A stretch of 64,000 nucleotides of DNA from a virus (lineage: Duplodnaviria > Heunggongvirae > Uroviricota > Caudoviricetes): the IMG/VR virus record IMGVR_UViG_3300028840_008157; one strand, written 5' to 3'. The position numbers and the translations under genes are program-made. This document shows, in pieces, positions 17,642 through 27,293 of this stretch. The notes beneath the pieces are model-generated. The model was not told where the DNA came from. It ran no database searches and saw only the letters and a program-made list of their open reading frames with translations. Every line of letters begins with the position of its first letter. The first letter of the stretch is position 1.

Positions 17642-20600
17642 ATGCTCTTAAAATACCACAAGCCAGTGCGCGGCAAGATCATGGCGATCCTCCAAGCGCC
17701 CGGGCAACACGTCGTCGAGGTCCCGAAACCCAGGGAAGAGCCCGTCGGCCATGAGGTGAAGTACGCCGACGCCGTCGGACGCGAGATCAAGCAGGTCCTC
17801 GCCAGGAAGTTCGTGGGAGAGATCAAGCGTCGCGCCGACGGGACCGTCGACCTCGTCGCCGAGATGGCGAAACACCCGGAGGCGCTCTGGGTCAGGGTCA
17901 AGGCCATCGAGGCCGACGTCCCAAACGACAACGGCGACCTCTTCTCCGAGGACGAGATCTCCAAGTCCTACCAGACGTTCGAAGGCGTCCCCGTCTTCAC
18001 GAACCACGAGAACAACAAGGTCGAGGCCGCCAAGGGCAAGGTCGTCATGGCGGAGTGGGTGCCGGACGAGAAGTCCGTGTACTGCACGATGTTCATCGAT
18101 CGGGAAGCCTTCCCGACCCTTTGCCGCGCCATCGAGGAAGGCTACATCACGGACGTGTCGATGGGCACCCAGGTCGACTACTCCACGTGTAGCATCTGCG
18201 AAAACAAGGCGATCACGGCGGCCGACTACTGCGACCACGTCAAGACGATGAAGGGCCGCACGATCAACGGCAAGCAGGTGTTCGAGCGAAACTACGGCCT
18301 GAAGTTCATCGAGATCAGCGTCGTCACGGACGGTGCCTGCAAGGATTGCACGATCCGCGACGTTCTCGACCCCGAGGATTTCGTGGAGCAGGCCGGCGAG
18401 CTACAGAAGGCCGCCGAGTCCATGGAGCGCGTCGTCAAGACCGGGGACCGCGTCGAGCAGGACGACCTCGGGTCGCTCCTGTCCGGCATGAAGGATTTGG
18501 CGTCCTCGGAGCTCATGACGAAGGTCGCCGGCCAGGATGAGATCTCCAAGCTCAACCAGGCCATGGACTTGGTCCAGGACGTCGCCCAGACGATGCTGAG
18601 CCAGCGCCAGTACATCGACCTGGAATTCCTCGAGGACGTCGTCAAGGTCCTCGCCGACTTGCAACACGTCAACGACGAGCTCGTCGACCAGGGCTACGGC
18701 CGCGTCGGCGAGCCGCAGCAGCCAGGCGTGCCGCCGATGCCGGAGGCCCCCGGAGCGCCACCGATGCCAGGGCAGGAATCCGCCCCGGCCGCGCCGAACG
18801 AAACAATGGTACCCGCCCCGGGAGGGGTCGGGAAAGTCACGGAGCCCGCCATGGCGTCGAACGACAAGGAGACGCGCCTCTCGTCGTCTATAAAGGATTT
18901 GCACGAGAAAGCGCAGAAAATTTACGAAGAGGCTAGGGCCGAAGCGAGCTCTCGCGTCGGCGGCAATGGAGGCCAAGAGCCAGTGAATACCACCGAAAAG
19001 CGACAGGAAACCGTCAAGAAGCTCGCGCACGTCTGGAAGAACCCCTGCGTCAGGGGATTCAAGGCCGAGTTCTCCGAGGGCCCGTTGAAGATCATCATCG
19101 GGGACGAGGAGGTCTATGGAATGCGAGGCGCGCAGAAGATCGCTTCCCTCAAGATCGCCGATCTTGAAGATGACATCCGCGACGTCATCGACAAGGACCC
19201 CAAGTTCGCCGGGGCCGAGATGTTGACGGCCCTGAAGAAGCTCGCCGAGTCCGCCCCGAGCAACACGGCCGAGCAGCAATCGGACACCATGGAGGCGCAA
19301 CTGGAGAGCCAGCGCGTCCCGCTGCATCCCCGGACCGACGAGATCCGCCAGTCGATCACCGAGGACCAGCTCAGGGAGAAGCAGCGCGGGTACGACAAGC
19401 ACGCCCGGGACAACGACCCCCGCGACGTCATAACGGAGGCCCAGCTCCCCGACGAGCGCCAGGACGCCCCTCGCGACGAGGTCATGGAAGGGCAGCTCCG
19501 CGACAAGGGCATCGAGGGCAACCAGACGCCGGCCGACAGGGATTCCTACGCCGCCGGCGTGACCGACCAGAAGCAACAGATCACCGAACGACAGATCAAC
19601 GACTGGCGGGAGTCCGACGAGGCTCACCGCCCGGAAACCATCACGGAAGACCAGCTCAAGAGCGATCAGGGCGAGCCGTGGGGACGCCGCATCGCGTCGA
19701 AGGAGGACGCGAGGAAGGCGCTCGCCGCGGGGATGCAGGCGTTCGTCAGGACGGCGAAAGCCACTGGGGCGACCCCAGCCGAGATCGTCTCCTCCGTTTC
19801 GGAGTTCGTCGCCTCGCCGCGTAACGCGGTCAAGGCGACCAACTTCATCGAGGCCTCGAAAGTGGGCCAAGATGGACGCGAGACGATGCTCCGCAGGGCT
19901 GCGTTCCACGGGACGCCCCGCGACTCGTCCAGGCTTTCCGTGCAAAACTACCTGCTCGGCAGTCTTTCCGACGTCGGCCTCCGCGGCGAGGTCGGGCTGA
20001 AGATCGCCGAGACGATCTCCTCCCAGAAGGACGCCCCCGACAAGATCGCCGAGGCGGTCAAGGCTTGGAAATCCTCCGAAGAGGCGAAGGACGAGCCCAA
20101 CGCGGCGGAGTTCCTCCGCGAGGCGCTCGCCGAGGACTCCGAGGAGGTCGTGAAGGTCATCCTGGCGTCAAGCGACGTGAAGGGCGAAGGCGAGAAGTGG
20201 GTCGAGTCGGCCTACGACGCCGCCACGAAGATCGCCGCCAACCAGGGGATCGAGGTCTCCAAGCGAGTACAAGTCCAGAAGAAGGCCGACGGAAGCGTCG
20301 AGGTCAACCTCATGGGCCGCAAGGCTTCCGGCGACAAGAAGGTCAAGGTCGCCGAGAAGAAAGAGGCGGACCTGAAGGAGCGCAAGGAAGCCCGGCGCAA
20401 GGTCGCCCAGATGCCCGCGGGCGGGATGCCCGCTGGCCCGGACCCCATGGGAGCCCCAGGCGGGACGACGATGCCGATGCCGCCCGCGGCTGGCGACCCG
20501 ACGGCCGCCCCCCCGGTTAGCGCGCTCGGCGAGCCGCCCGAGGCCGGCCTGGAAGAGGAGCCGATGGAGGGCGAGGCGCTTCCGCCAGGAAGCATTTGCC

Positions 20601-21208
20601 CGGCCTGTGGTTCCGACGACGTCGACATGAAGGGCGGCGACTTCAACTGCAACCAGTGCGGCTCGACCGGACACATCACGGTCAAGATCGACATGGACAC
20701 GTGGCCCGGGTCGATCGAGGAGAAGAACCCGGCCGAGAAGGCCGAGATGGAGGAGGAGGGGCTCGGCGAGGAAGGCGGGGAGATACCGCCGGCCGGGCTG
20801 CCCCCCGTCGGGATCGCCGCTTCGTACAAGGTGACCCCGGAGATGGTCAAGAAGGCCGGCAGCGAGAAGTCGCCGATCGGACGGTTCTGCCCGCATTGCG
20901 GGTCGAGCAAGGTCAAGTTGGCCGCGAAGGCCGGTTCCGGGAACGGCACGTGCGAGTCCTGCAAGGGCGCGTACGGGTTCGACACCTTCGTCCAGGAAGG
21001 GACCAACGACATCTGGGCGAGGATCGAGTGGCAGGACCGAGGCCGAAAGTCGCGGTTCGCCGCCAAGCCCAAGGCGTGCAACCCCAAGAAGGCGAAGCTC
21101 GAGGCGGCCCTCAAGTCGAAGGGACTCGTGAAAAAGTTCGCCAGCGCCGACGTCGCCGGGAAGGCGAAGATCATCGCCGACCTGCACGACGAGGGGGTCC
21201 TTGCCTGA
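17642..21208 (+). CDS. Prohead (capsid maturation) protease-like protein with long C-terminal extension and Zn ribbons
   Basis: NDNGDLF, FTNHEN..AKGKV, DVSMG (candidate catalytic Ser), CSIC..CDH, FIEISVV are typical of large-phage HK97-type prohead proteases; CPAC/CNQC and CPHC/CESC ribbons. Confidence 0.8.
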   Translation: MLLKYHKPVRGKIMAILQAPGQHVVEVPKPREEPVGHEVKYADAVGREIKQVLARKFVGEIKRRADGTVDLVAEMAKHPEALWVRVKAIEADVPNDNGDLFSEDEISKSYQTFEGVPVFTNHENNKVEAAKGKVVMAEWVPDEKSVYCTMFIDREAFPTLCRAIEEGYITDVSMGTQVDYSTCSICENKAITAADYCDHVKTMKGRTINGKQVFERNYGLKFIEISVVTDGACKDCTIRDVLDPEDFVEQAGELQKAAESMERVVKTGDRVEQDDLGSLLSGMKDLASSELMTKVAGQDEISKLNQAMDLVQDVAQTMLSQRQYIDLEFLEDVVKVLADLQHVNDELVDQGYGRVGEPQQPGVPPMPEAPGAPPMPGQESAPAAPNETMVPAPGGVGKVTEPAMASNDKETRLSSSIKDLHEKAQKIYEEARAEASSRVGGNGGQEPVNTTEKRQETVKKLAHVWKNPCVRGFKAEFSEGPLKIIIGDEEVYGMRGAQKIASLKIADLEDDIRDVIDKDPKFAGAEMLTALKKLAESAPSNTAEQQSDTMEAQLESQRVPLHPRTDEIRQSITEDQLREKQRGYDKHARDNDPRDVITEAQLPDERQDAPRDEVMEGQLRDKGIEGNQTPADRDSYAAGVTDQKQQITERQINDWRESDEAHRPETITEDQLKSDQGEPWGRRIASKEDARKALAAGMQAFVRTAKATGATPAEIVSSVSEFVASPRNAVKATNFIEASKVGQDGRETMLRRAAFHGTPRDSSRLSVQNYLLGSLSDVGLRGEVGLKIAETISSQKDAPDKIAEAVKAWKSSEEAKDEPNAAEFLREALAEDSEEVVKVILASSDVKGEGEKWVESAYDAATKIAANQGIEVSKRVQVQKKADGSVEVNLMGRKASGDKKVKVAEKKEADLKERKEARRKVAQMPAGGMPAGPDPMGAPGGTTMPMPPAAGDPTAAPPVSALGEPPEAGLEEEPMEGEALPPGSICPACGSDDVDMKGGDFNCNQCGSTGHITVKIDMDTWPGSIEEKNPAEKAEMEEEGLGEEGGEIPPAGLPPVGIAASYKVTPEMVKKAGSEKSPIGRFCPHCGSSKVKLAAKAGSGNGTCESCKGAYGFDTFVQEGTNDIWARIEWQDRGRKSRFAAKPKACNPKKAKLEAALKSKGLVKKFASADVAGKAKIIADLHDEGVLA

Positions 21209-21266
21209 ACAAGGGCTGAAACAAGGAACGATAGATCGAAACGTAACACGTAAAGGAGATTGGGAG

Positions 21267-24158
21267 ATGCGGAAGAAGGCCGAGAAGACGCTCACGGACG
21301 GCGGCAAGTTCCCCATCGAGAGTTGCCGCGAGCGCATCGCGCGCCGATACGGCCAGGACGCCGTCGCGCTGAGCGGGCCCTGCGAGGGGACGTCGCTCGT
21401 GGATTGCGTCTGCCAACAGCTCGAGGACAGGTGGGACAAGGTCGGCCCGAGGCTCGCCGGAAGCGAGAAGAAGGCCGTCAAGGTCGCCATGCGCCTCGCG
21501 GAGAGCTACTCCGCCAAGGACGACACGGACGCCTGCGTCTCCGATCTCCAGAAGATCGGCTACGAGAAGACCGCCGCCGCCGGGATCGCCGACTACATGA
21601 AGGCTTTCGCGATGGATCGGGTCGCCCAGGACGAGCTCGACGAGATCGTCGGCGTCGTCTCCGAGGAAGACGAGCCCGAGGTCGGTGACGACATGGGGTT
21701 CGACGACATCGACGAGGAAGTCGGACCGCCCGTCGAGGAAGACGTCGTTCCCGAGGCCGAGGAGGAGGTCGAGGTCGACCTCGAGCCGGCCGAGGAACTA
21801 CCGGCCGAGCTACCGACCGTCGGGGGCGAGGAGACCGTGACGATCGAGCTCCCGCAGGAGGTCGCCGACGAGCTCATGGCCGCCATCTCCGGGGCCACCG
21901 AGGACGTCGATGTTGTCGACGATGACATCGTCGAGCTCGATACGGAAGAGGTTCCCGGGGAGCCCGTCGAGCTCCAGGAGCCAGGCGAGCAGGTCGTGAC
22001 CGGCGAGCCGGCCATCGAGGAAGCGGCCGCTGGCGGAGACGAGCACGACGAGGACGAGCCTCATTTCCCACACGAGACTCCCGAGGAGCATGAGGCCCAC
22101 GAGAAGGCCGAAACCCCCGAGGAGGAGAAGAAGGAGCACGAGTCCGGCGAGCCCGAGAGCGAGGAGTCCAAGGAACACGTCGAGGAGATGAAGGAGCGGG
22201 TCGAGGATAAAGGTGAGGACGAGGACGAGGACGAGAAGGAGGAGAAGGAGGCCGCGCTGATGCTTCGCGGCGGACGCCTTCGCCGAGTCGGCCAGACGAT
22301 CCTGCGTCTCGGGCCCGAGATGTCCCTTAACAATACCGACCAACAGGCCGGTGGCAAGCCCCTTGGAACCGCCAAGGAGAAGACCGTCGAGAAGCCGGAG
22401 CCGATCGCCGACGGGAACCTCGAGACCGAGGGTTACTCGGCTGGCGACAAGAAGTTCCAGGACGGAAGTACGATGGGCAAGGAACCCCCATTCGACCCGA
22501 AGACCGTTTCCAAGGAGGAGGTCAGCAAGGGCGACGCGAGCCTCATGGGCAAGGACGAGTCCGTCCCCCGTGGCGACCCGGACGTCCCGGCCGGCAGCTC
22601 CCCCTTGGGCCACGAGCCGTGGCAAGGAGGTGACGTGAGCACCAAGGGCACCGTGATCGCGACGTTCACCCCCAAGGGTCTCGTCGTCGAGACGCCGGAA
22701 GGCAAGAAGTTCCTGGCCAAGGCGGCCATGAAGCAGGTCACGCCGGAGCTCGTCGAGAGCGTCGGCAAGATCCCCTACGAGGGCGACGGCCGCAAGTTCG
22801 CCGCCACCGCCCTGAAGCTCATCCGCGAGTCCAAGTGCGTCTGCGAGGAGGGCGTGACGAAGACCGACACGTCCAAGCTCGAGGCGACGAACTTCACGAA
22901 CGACGCCAAGAAGAAGCCCGACGAGGGAGGCGCCGTCGCCGGGGAGAAGGGATCTCCCGCCCCGCAGGAGGAGGGCGTAACCAAGATCGACACCTCGAAG
23001 CTCGAGGCGACGAAGTTCACCAACGACGAGGAGAAGAAGGCCGAGGCCGAGAAGAACATCGCGACGCTCATCAAGCAGGCCAAGTACCTCAAGGACGTCG
23101 AGTGCAACGACGAGCTCCTCGGCATCTTCGCCAAGAACCTGAGGACGGCCTGGAGGGACGTCCCACAAGTCCAGTACGACCCCGAGGAAGAGGCGCGGTT
23201 GTCCTCCCCCATGGGTCCTCTCCCAGACGAGGTACCCGGCAGGAGGGATCTCGAGTCCGAGATCGACAGCATCAGCAGGCAGATCGGGCAGCTCCTCAAG
23301 AAAAAGGGCCCTCGCGGCATCATGGGACTCGCTGAGCTGAAGAAGATGCTCAGGGAGCTCCAGGAAAAGGAAGACTGGCCGCGCGAGGAGGAGGAAGACG
23401 AGTACTTCATGGGGCAGCAGATCGGAGCCAGCTCCGACAAGGCCGTCAAGACCGCCGAGGACAAGAAGGTCAAGGCTCCCGAGCCCGTCCAGGAGAACAT
23501 GGAGCCAGAGGGTTACACGGCCGGCGGCAAGAAGGTTCAGGACGGGAAGACCATGGGCAAGGAGCCCAAGTTCGACCCCCACGAGGTCTCGAAGGAGGAG
23601 GTCAGCGGCGGCGACTCAAGCCTGATGGGCAACGAGCAAAGGGACTTGGGTCCGAAGCCCGATTCCCCGAAGGACATGCCCGAGGTCCCGGCGGGAGCCG
23701 GCCAGATGGGGCATGAGACTTGGGACGGCGGCAACGTCGAGACCAAGGGAACCGTGATCGCGAGCGAGGAGATCATCAGGAAACGCGAGGCCGAGGCTCG
23801 GCAGAAGGCCGAGAACGAGGCCAAGGTCCGGGAGGCGCGCTTGGCCTCCGCGGCCGCCCTCGCAGCGGACATGCTAAGGCACGGCGAGATCGAGGAGAAG
23901 GAGTACAAGGACAAGGTCGACGAGCTCTCCAAGATGCCGGTGCCGGCGATACAGCAGCTCGCCCTGTCGGTGCGCCAGACGCGCCAGCGCATGGCGAGCA
24001 AGATGGCCGCCCAGGAGGAGAAGCCGTCGAAGACGGCTGGCCTGAGCGTCCCGATCATTCCTCAAAACGCGAACGAGGAGAAGTCGCTCGTCGAGCGGCT
24101 GATCCCCCAGTTCAAGCTGTCGAGACAACTAAACGCCCTGGATGACATGAAGAGCTAA
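21267..24158 (+). CDS. Acidic scaffold/core-like protein with internal duplications
   Basis: ATG 21267 after AAAGGAG..GGGAG; very E/D-rich; sits between protease and decoration/MCP genes; coiled-coil C-terminus. Confidence 0.75.
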   Translation: MRKKAEKTLTDGGKFPIESCRERIARRYGQDAVALSGPCEGTSLVDCVCQQLEDRWDKVGPRLAGSEKKAVKVAMRLAESYSAKDDTDACVSDLQKIGYEKTAAAGIADYMKAFAMDRVAQDELDEIVGVVSEEDEPEVGDDMGFDDIDEEVGPPVEEDVVPEAEEEVEVDLEPAEELPAELPTVGGEETVTIELPQEVADELMAAISGATEDVDVVDDDIVELDTEEVPGEPVELQEPGEQVVTGEPAIEEAAAGGDEHDEDEPHFPHETPEEHEAHEKAETPEEEKKEHESGEPESEESKEHVEEMKERVEDKGEDEDEDEKEEKEAALMLRGGRLRRVGQTILRLGPEMSLNNTDQQAGGKPLGTAKEKTVEKPEPIADGNLETEGYSAGDKKFQDGSTMGKEPPFDPKTVSKEEVSKGDASLMGKDESVPRGDPDVPAGSSPLGHEPWQGGDVSTKGTVIATFTPKGLVVETPEGKKFLAKAAMKQVTPELVESVGKIPYEGDGRKFAATALKLIRESKCVCEEGVTKTDTSKLEATNFTNDAKKKPDEGGAVAGEKGSPAPQEEGVTKIDTSKLEATKFTNDEEKKAEAEKNIATLIKQAKYLKDVECNDELLGIFAKNLRTAWRDVPQVQYDPEEEARLSSPMGPLPDEVPGRRDLESEIDSISRQIGQLLKKKGPRGIMGLAELKKMLRELQEKEDWPREEEEDEYFMGQQIGASSDKAVKTAEDKKVKAPEPVQENMEPEGYTAGGKKVQDGKTMGKEPKFDPHEVSKEEVSGGDSSLMGNEQRDLGPKPDSPKDMPEVPAGAGQMGHETWDGGNVETKGTVIASEEIIRKREAEARQKAENEAKVREARLASAAALAADMLRHGEIEEKEYKDKVDELSKMPVPAIQQLALSVRQTRQRMASKMAAQEEKPSKTAGLSVPIIPQNANEEKSLVERLIPQFKLSRQLNALDDMKS

Positions 24159-24172
24159 CGTGCCCTTGATGC

Positions 24173-24198
24173 AGGAACACGGCTGGCGGCCGGCGAAG
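24173..24198 (+). promoter_or_regulatory. Putative phage promoter AGGA-N18-GAA
   Basis: AGGA-acacggctggcggccggc-GAAG upstream of decoration/MCP genes. Confidence 0.45.
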
Positions 24199-24251
24199 AT
24201 AAAGGGTGGCTGACCGCCAAGGACGAAGACACAGGAGAGAGGAATACAAAA

Positions 24252-24767
24252 ATGGCCCTTATCGAGAAATACCATGTCGTGGCCGCGTTCTACCCGGTCA
24301 AGGCTGGCGAGGAAATCATCGAGGGCATGTGGGGCAAGCTCGACTCGAACGGAGAGCTGGTCCTTGCCACCGGTGCGAGCGGCGAGTACGCCATCGGCGT
24401 GTGCGGCGACACGAAGTCGACGAGCACGTCCGGCCTACCGTCCACGAACGCCTCCAGTCAGGGCGCGTTCGTCAACCGCGTCTCGGACATGTACGACGAG
24501 ACCAAGGCTTCCGGCAAGATGACGGTCTACATGAGCGGCGGCGAGTTCGCCACCAATCAGTACGAGACCGACGTCGGGTCGGCGGTCCCAAGCGATCCGC
24601 TGTACGTGAGCAGCAACGGCAAGCTCCAGGCCGCCGCTTCCACGTCCGCGCAGATCGTGGCTCGCCTGACGAAGGCGGCCGGCGCGTACGACTCCGGCGT
24701 TCCGGGGTTGGACGTCAACGGCAGCTTGACCCTCGGCAACTACTGCGAGTTCAAGCTGGTCCTCTAG
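24252..24767 (+). CDS. Capsid decoration/cement protein
   Basis: Immediately upstream of MCP; ASGKMTVY..GGEFATNQYE and PLYVSSNGKL resemble head decoration proteins. Confidence 0.7.
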   Translation: MALIEKYHVVAAFYPVKAGEEIIEGMWGKLDSNGELVLATGASGEYAIGVCGDTKSTSTSGLPSTNASSQGAFVNRVSDMYDETKASGKMTVYMSGGEFATNQYETDVGSAVPSDPLYVSSNGKLQAAASTSAQIVARLTKAAGAYDSGVPGLDVNGSLTLGNYCEFKLVL

Positions 24768-24865
24768 TAGTGACCAAATAGGGGGCCAGCCGTGCTGGCC
24801 CCTCTCAAATAGGTTGGCCATCCGCCACGGAAAAACCGTACGGGGCCTATCAGAGAGGAAGAGCA

Positions 24866-25729
24866 ATGCTCAAGAATAACCAGAACGATCAGGAACGCGA
24901 GGCCGTTATCGCGCAAGCCCTCGAGACGGATGAGGGTCGCGTCGCTCTCGCGCAGGCCATGGTGGAGCCAATCCGCCGGGCCCTCGAGTACCAGGCCGTC
25001 GGGCGCAAGCTGCTCATGGTGGACGAGCTCCCTCAGGGTGCGCTCGCTCGCTACGAGCGTGACGTTCGCTCGGTCGCCCGCGTCATCTCCCGCAGGGGCG
25101 CGGTGCCGGACGAGATCCAAGAGGGCGAGGAAGTCCTCGTCCCGACGTTCGAGATCGCGACCAACCCGCAGGTTCGGTTGAGCGAGATCAAGGCTCGCCG
25201 GTTCTACATCGTGGACCGTGCGCAGATCAAGGCCAAGGAAGCGATCCAGAAGGAAGAGGATAGCAATATCTTCAACGCTCTGATCGCGTCCGTCAACGCC
25301 GCTCACACGGTCACGGCGACCGGTGGCGCGCTGACCCTGACGGCCCTGAACCAAGCGTTCGCGACGATCGAGGCGCACGACCTCACGGTCGCCAAGATCG
25401 TGATGCACGCCCAGCGGTACGCCGACGTTCGTAACTTCGGCAAGACCGTGTACGACGAGGCGACTCAGCGCGAGGTCTTGACCTCCGGCTTGTTCGGTCA
25501 CCTCTGGACCGCGGACATCCACGTCAGCTCCAGGATGCCCACGACCACCGTCCTCCTGACGGCGCCCGCCGATTACGTCGGCGCGTTCCCGATCCGGCAG
25601 GACATCACGGTTCTCCCCGCGGACGACCCGAAGAAGCTCCGCCTCGGCTGGGTCATCTACGAGGAGATCGGGATCGTGGTCATCAACGACTACGCGGTGG
25701 CCAAGATCACGGTGACCAGCGGCTCGTAA
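24866..25729 (+). CDS. Major capsid protein, HK97 fold
   Basis: GRVALAQAMVEPIRRALEYQAVGRKLLMVDELPQGALARYERD, PTFEIATNP and C-terminal GWVIYEEIGIVVINDYAVAK; strongly biased codons; followed by a terminator. Confidence 0.9.
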   Translation: MLKNNQNDQEREAVIAQALETDEGRVALAQAMVEPIRRALEYQAVGRKLLMVDELPQGALARYERDVRSVARVISRRGAVPDEIQEGEEVLVPTFEIATNPQVRLSEIKARRFYIVDRAQIKAKEAIQKEEDSNIFNALIASVNAAHTVTATGGALTLTALNQAFATIEAHDLTVAKIVMHAQRYADVRNFGKTVYDEATQREVLTSGLFGHLWTADIHVSSRMPTTTVLLTAPADYVGAFPIRQDITVLPADDPKKLRLGWVIYEEIGIVVINDYAVAKITVTSGS

Positions 25730-25747
25730 TCCCAAATCAACACTCAC

Positions 25748-25778
25748 AAAGCCCTCGCCATGCGAGGGCTTTTTTATT
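25748..25778 (+). terminator. Rho-independent terminator after MCP
   Basis: AAAGCCCTCGC-CAT-GCGAGGGCTTT followed by TTTATT. Confidence 0.9.
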
Positions 25779-25790
25779 GGAGGAGACGAC

Positions 25791-26519
25791 ATGATCGAGA
25801 AATTCGTACTGTTCGTCTGTCCTTCCCGCTCTGGACACAGCTTCATCGGATCCGCCATCGACGCGCATCCTAACGCCTGCGTCGGTCATGAGATGAACGT
25901 CATGAACAAGTTCATAAAAGGACGGTGGAAGGACAAGGATTCCATGTTCAGGGATATCTTTGATAAGACTCAGGTTTTTGATAAGAATGGTCGTCTAACG
26001 CCAAACCGTTTTGGGGACAAGCATGACCAGTCCATGCACGGACAGGTCAAGGGCGACATGTCCGGGCTCATTCTATTAGGCAACAAGAACGGCAAGATCG
26101 ACCTGGACATCGACGACTACATGGCTCACCTGGAGGAGTTCCGAAGGTTCATCGCCCCCGCCGAGGTTCGAGCCTTGTCGGTCCTCCGGAACCCCCTCGA
26201 CGCCTCCGGGAACCCCGACTGGTATTACACGACGCAGGAAAGGTACGACGAGCTCACGATACCGAAGATGGTCGTATGCTACGAGGACTTCGTGCGGGAT
26301 ACCCGCAACGAGATGGCGGCCATCGTGAGGTTCCTGGGGTTGCCGTTGGACGAGCTACACCTTGCCACGGTTGACGACAAGTCTTACAAGGAGCCCATCA
26401 GGTCGAGGCGCCGCATGCAGCACAACAAGAAGTACCGGGCCAAGAAGCCCCTCTTCAAGCAGGCATGCGTCGACTTGCCATTGTACAAGCGCTACGAGTC
26501 CGACCTGGGCGACGACTAG
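25791..26519 (+). CDS. Sulfotransferase-family protein
   Basis: 5'-PAPS-binding-like PSRSGHSFIGSAIDAHPN; LRNPLD; VCYEDFV..IVRFLGL. Confidence 0.75.
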   Translation: MIEKFVLFVCPSRSGHSFIGSAIDAHPNACVGHEMNVMNKFIKGRWKDKDSMFRDIFDKTQVFDKNGRLTPNRFGDKHDQSMHGQVKGDMSGLILLGNKNGKIDLDIDDYMAHLEEFRRFIAPAEVRALSVLRNPLDASGNPDWYYTTQERYDELTIPKMVVCYEDFVRDTRNEMAAIVRFLGLPLDELHLATVDDKSYKEPIRSRRRMQHNKKYRAKKPLFKQACVDLPLYKRYESDLGDD

Positions 26520-27157
26520 ACGTACGACGACATCAGGAGGATCGCCTCCTCCGGGCTGGAGAATTTCTCGAACTCCTTGCCGTTATGGAAGTCGTTGATC
26601 CTGGGCCAGTCGTAGATGATGACCGGGACGCCAACGCTGTGACAAAGGTGGCTCAACCCCGAGTCGATGCCTATGAAGAAGGCCGCCTTGGAGGCGAGCG
26701 TCACGCATTCCTTCATGCTCATGGGCAAGCCCAGCCTGGCGTTCTTTCGTCTCGATATCCAGTCCATGATGGCGTCGTGTCGACTCGGCAGAAGGCACCT
26801 GATGCATTGCTCCGGTTGCTGGTTGTTGGAGAGTTGGTGAACGATGAGTTTGCCGTCGCCGTTCCATCGCGTCTTCGTGGGACGATAAGGATGCTTGAAA
26901 CACGTCACGTCCGGCGTGAAAACCGTCGCCCCCCTTTCGACGAGCTTGATCCTCGCCTCTCCCAAGTCCAGGACGGACATGATCTCCTCTAGCTTGCCCC
27001 CGACGAACATGGACTTGTGAAACGCGTCCCCTTCCCTTGGGCAAGCGCACGTCGACGACAGGACCTCCTTCCCTGAACGGATGGAGATGTCGCAGAGCAT
27101 GTTGACGAACGCCCAACAATCGCCCAAACATCGCGTGGGCGGCGCGTAGATGTCCAT
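26516..27157 (-). CDS. Glycosyltransferase family 9 (heptosyltransferase)-like protein
   Basis: N-terminal LGD and C-terminal FIGIDSGLSHLCHSVGVP motifs. Confidence 0.75.
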   Translation of the reverse strand: MDIYAPPTRCLGDCWAFVNMLCDISIRSGKEVLSSTCACPREGDAFHKSMFVGGKLEEIMSVLDLGEARIKLVERGATVFTPDVTCFKHPYRPTKTRWNGDGKLIVHQLSNNQQPEQCIRCLLPSRHDAIMDWISRRKNARLGLPMSMKECVTLASKAAFFIGIDSGLSHLCHSVGVPVIIYDWPRINDFHNGKEFEKFSSPEEAILLMSSYV

Positions 27158-27293
27158 CAGGCGAATCCCTTCATCGAATCCTGTCCCCCCCCATCCTCAT
27201 GAATCATAACGAGATGCGATTCCATTTTGGAATTACGAAGGAAGAACACGTGTTTCTCGTGGTAGCCGATGGTAGCAGGCGGAGGGGACGCCG

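Noticed and set aside
21181-21270. Programmed frameshift or readthrough joining protease and scaffold
   Set aside because: The downstream gene has its own RBS and ATG at 21267, and no slippery heptamer was seen.
11715-23582. Long overlapping or antisense ORFs (e.g. 11715..13595 +, 18401..19945 -, 21810..23582 -)
   Set aside because: They are R/G/P-rich or mirror translations expected from high GC3 in the real genes, with no domains or RBS.
24866-25729. Encapsulin nanocompartment shell
   Set aside because: The fold is shared, but the portal-protease-scaffold-decoration context and tail genes identify it as a phage capsid protein.
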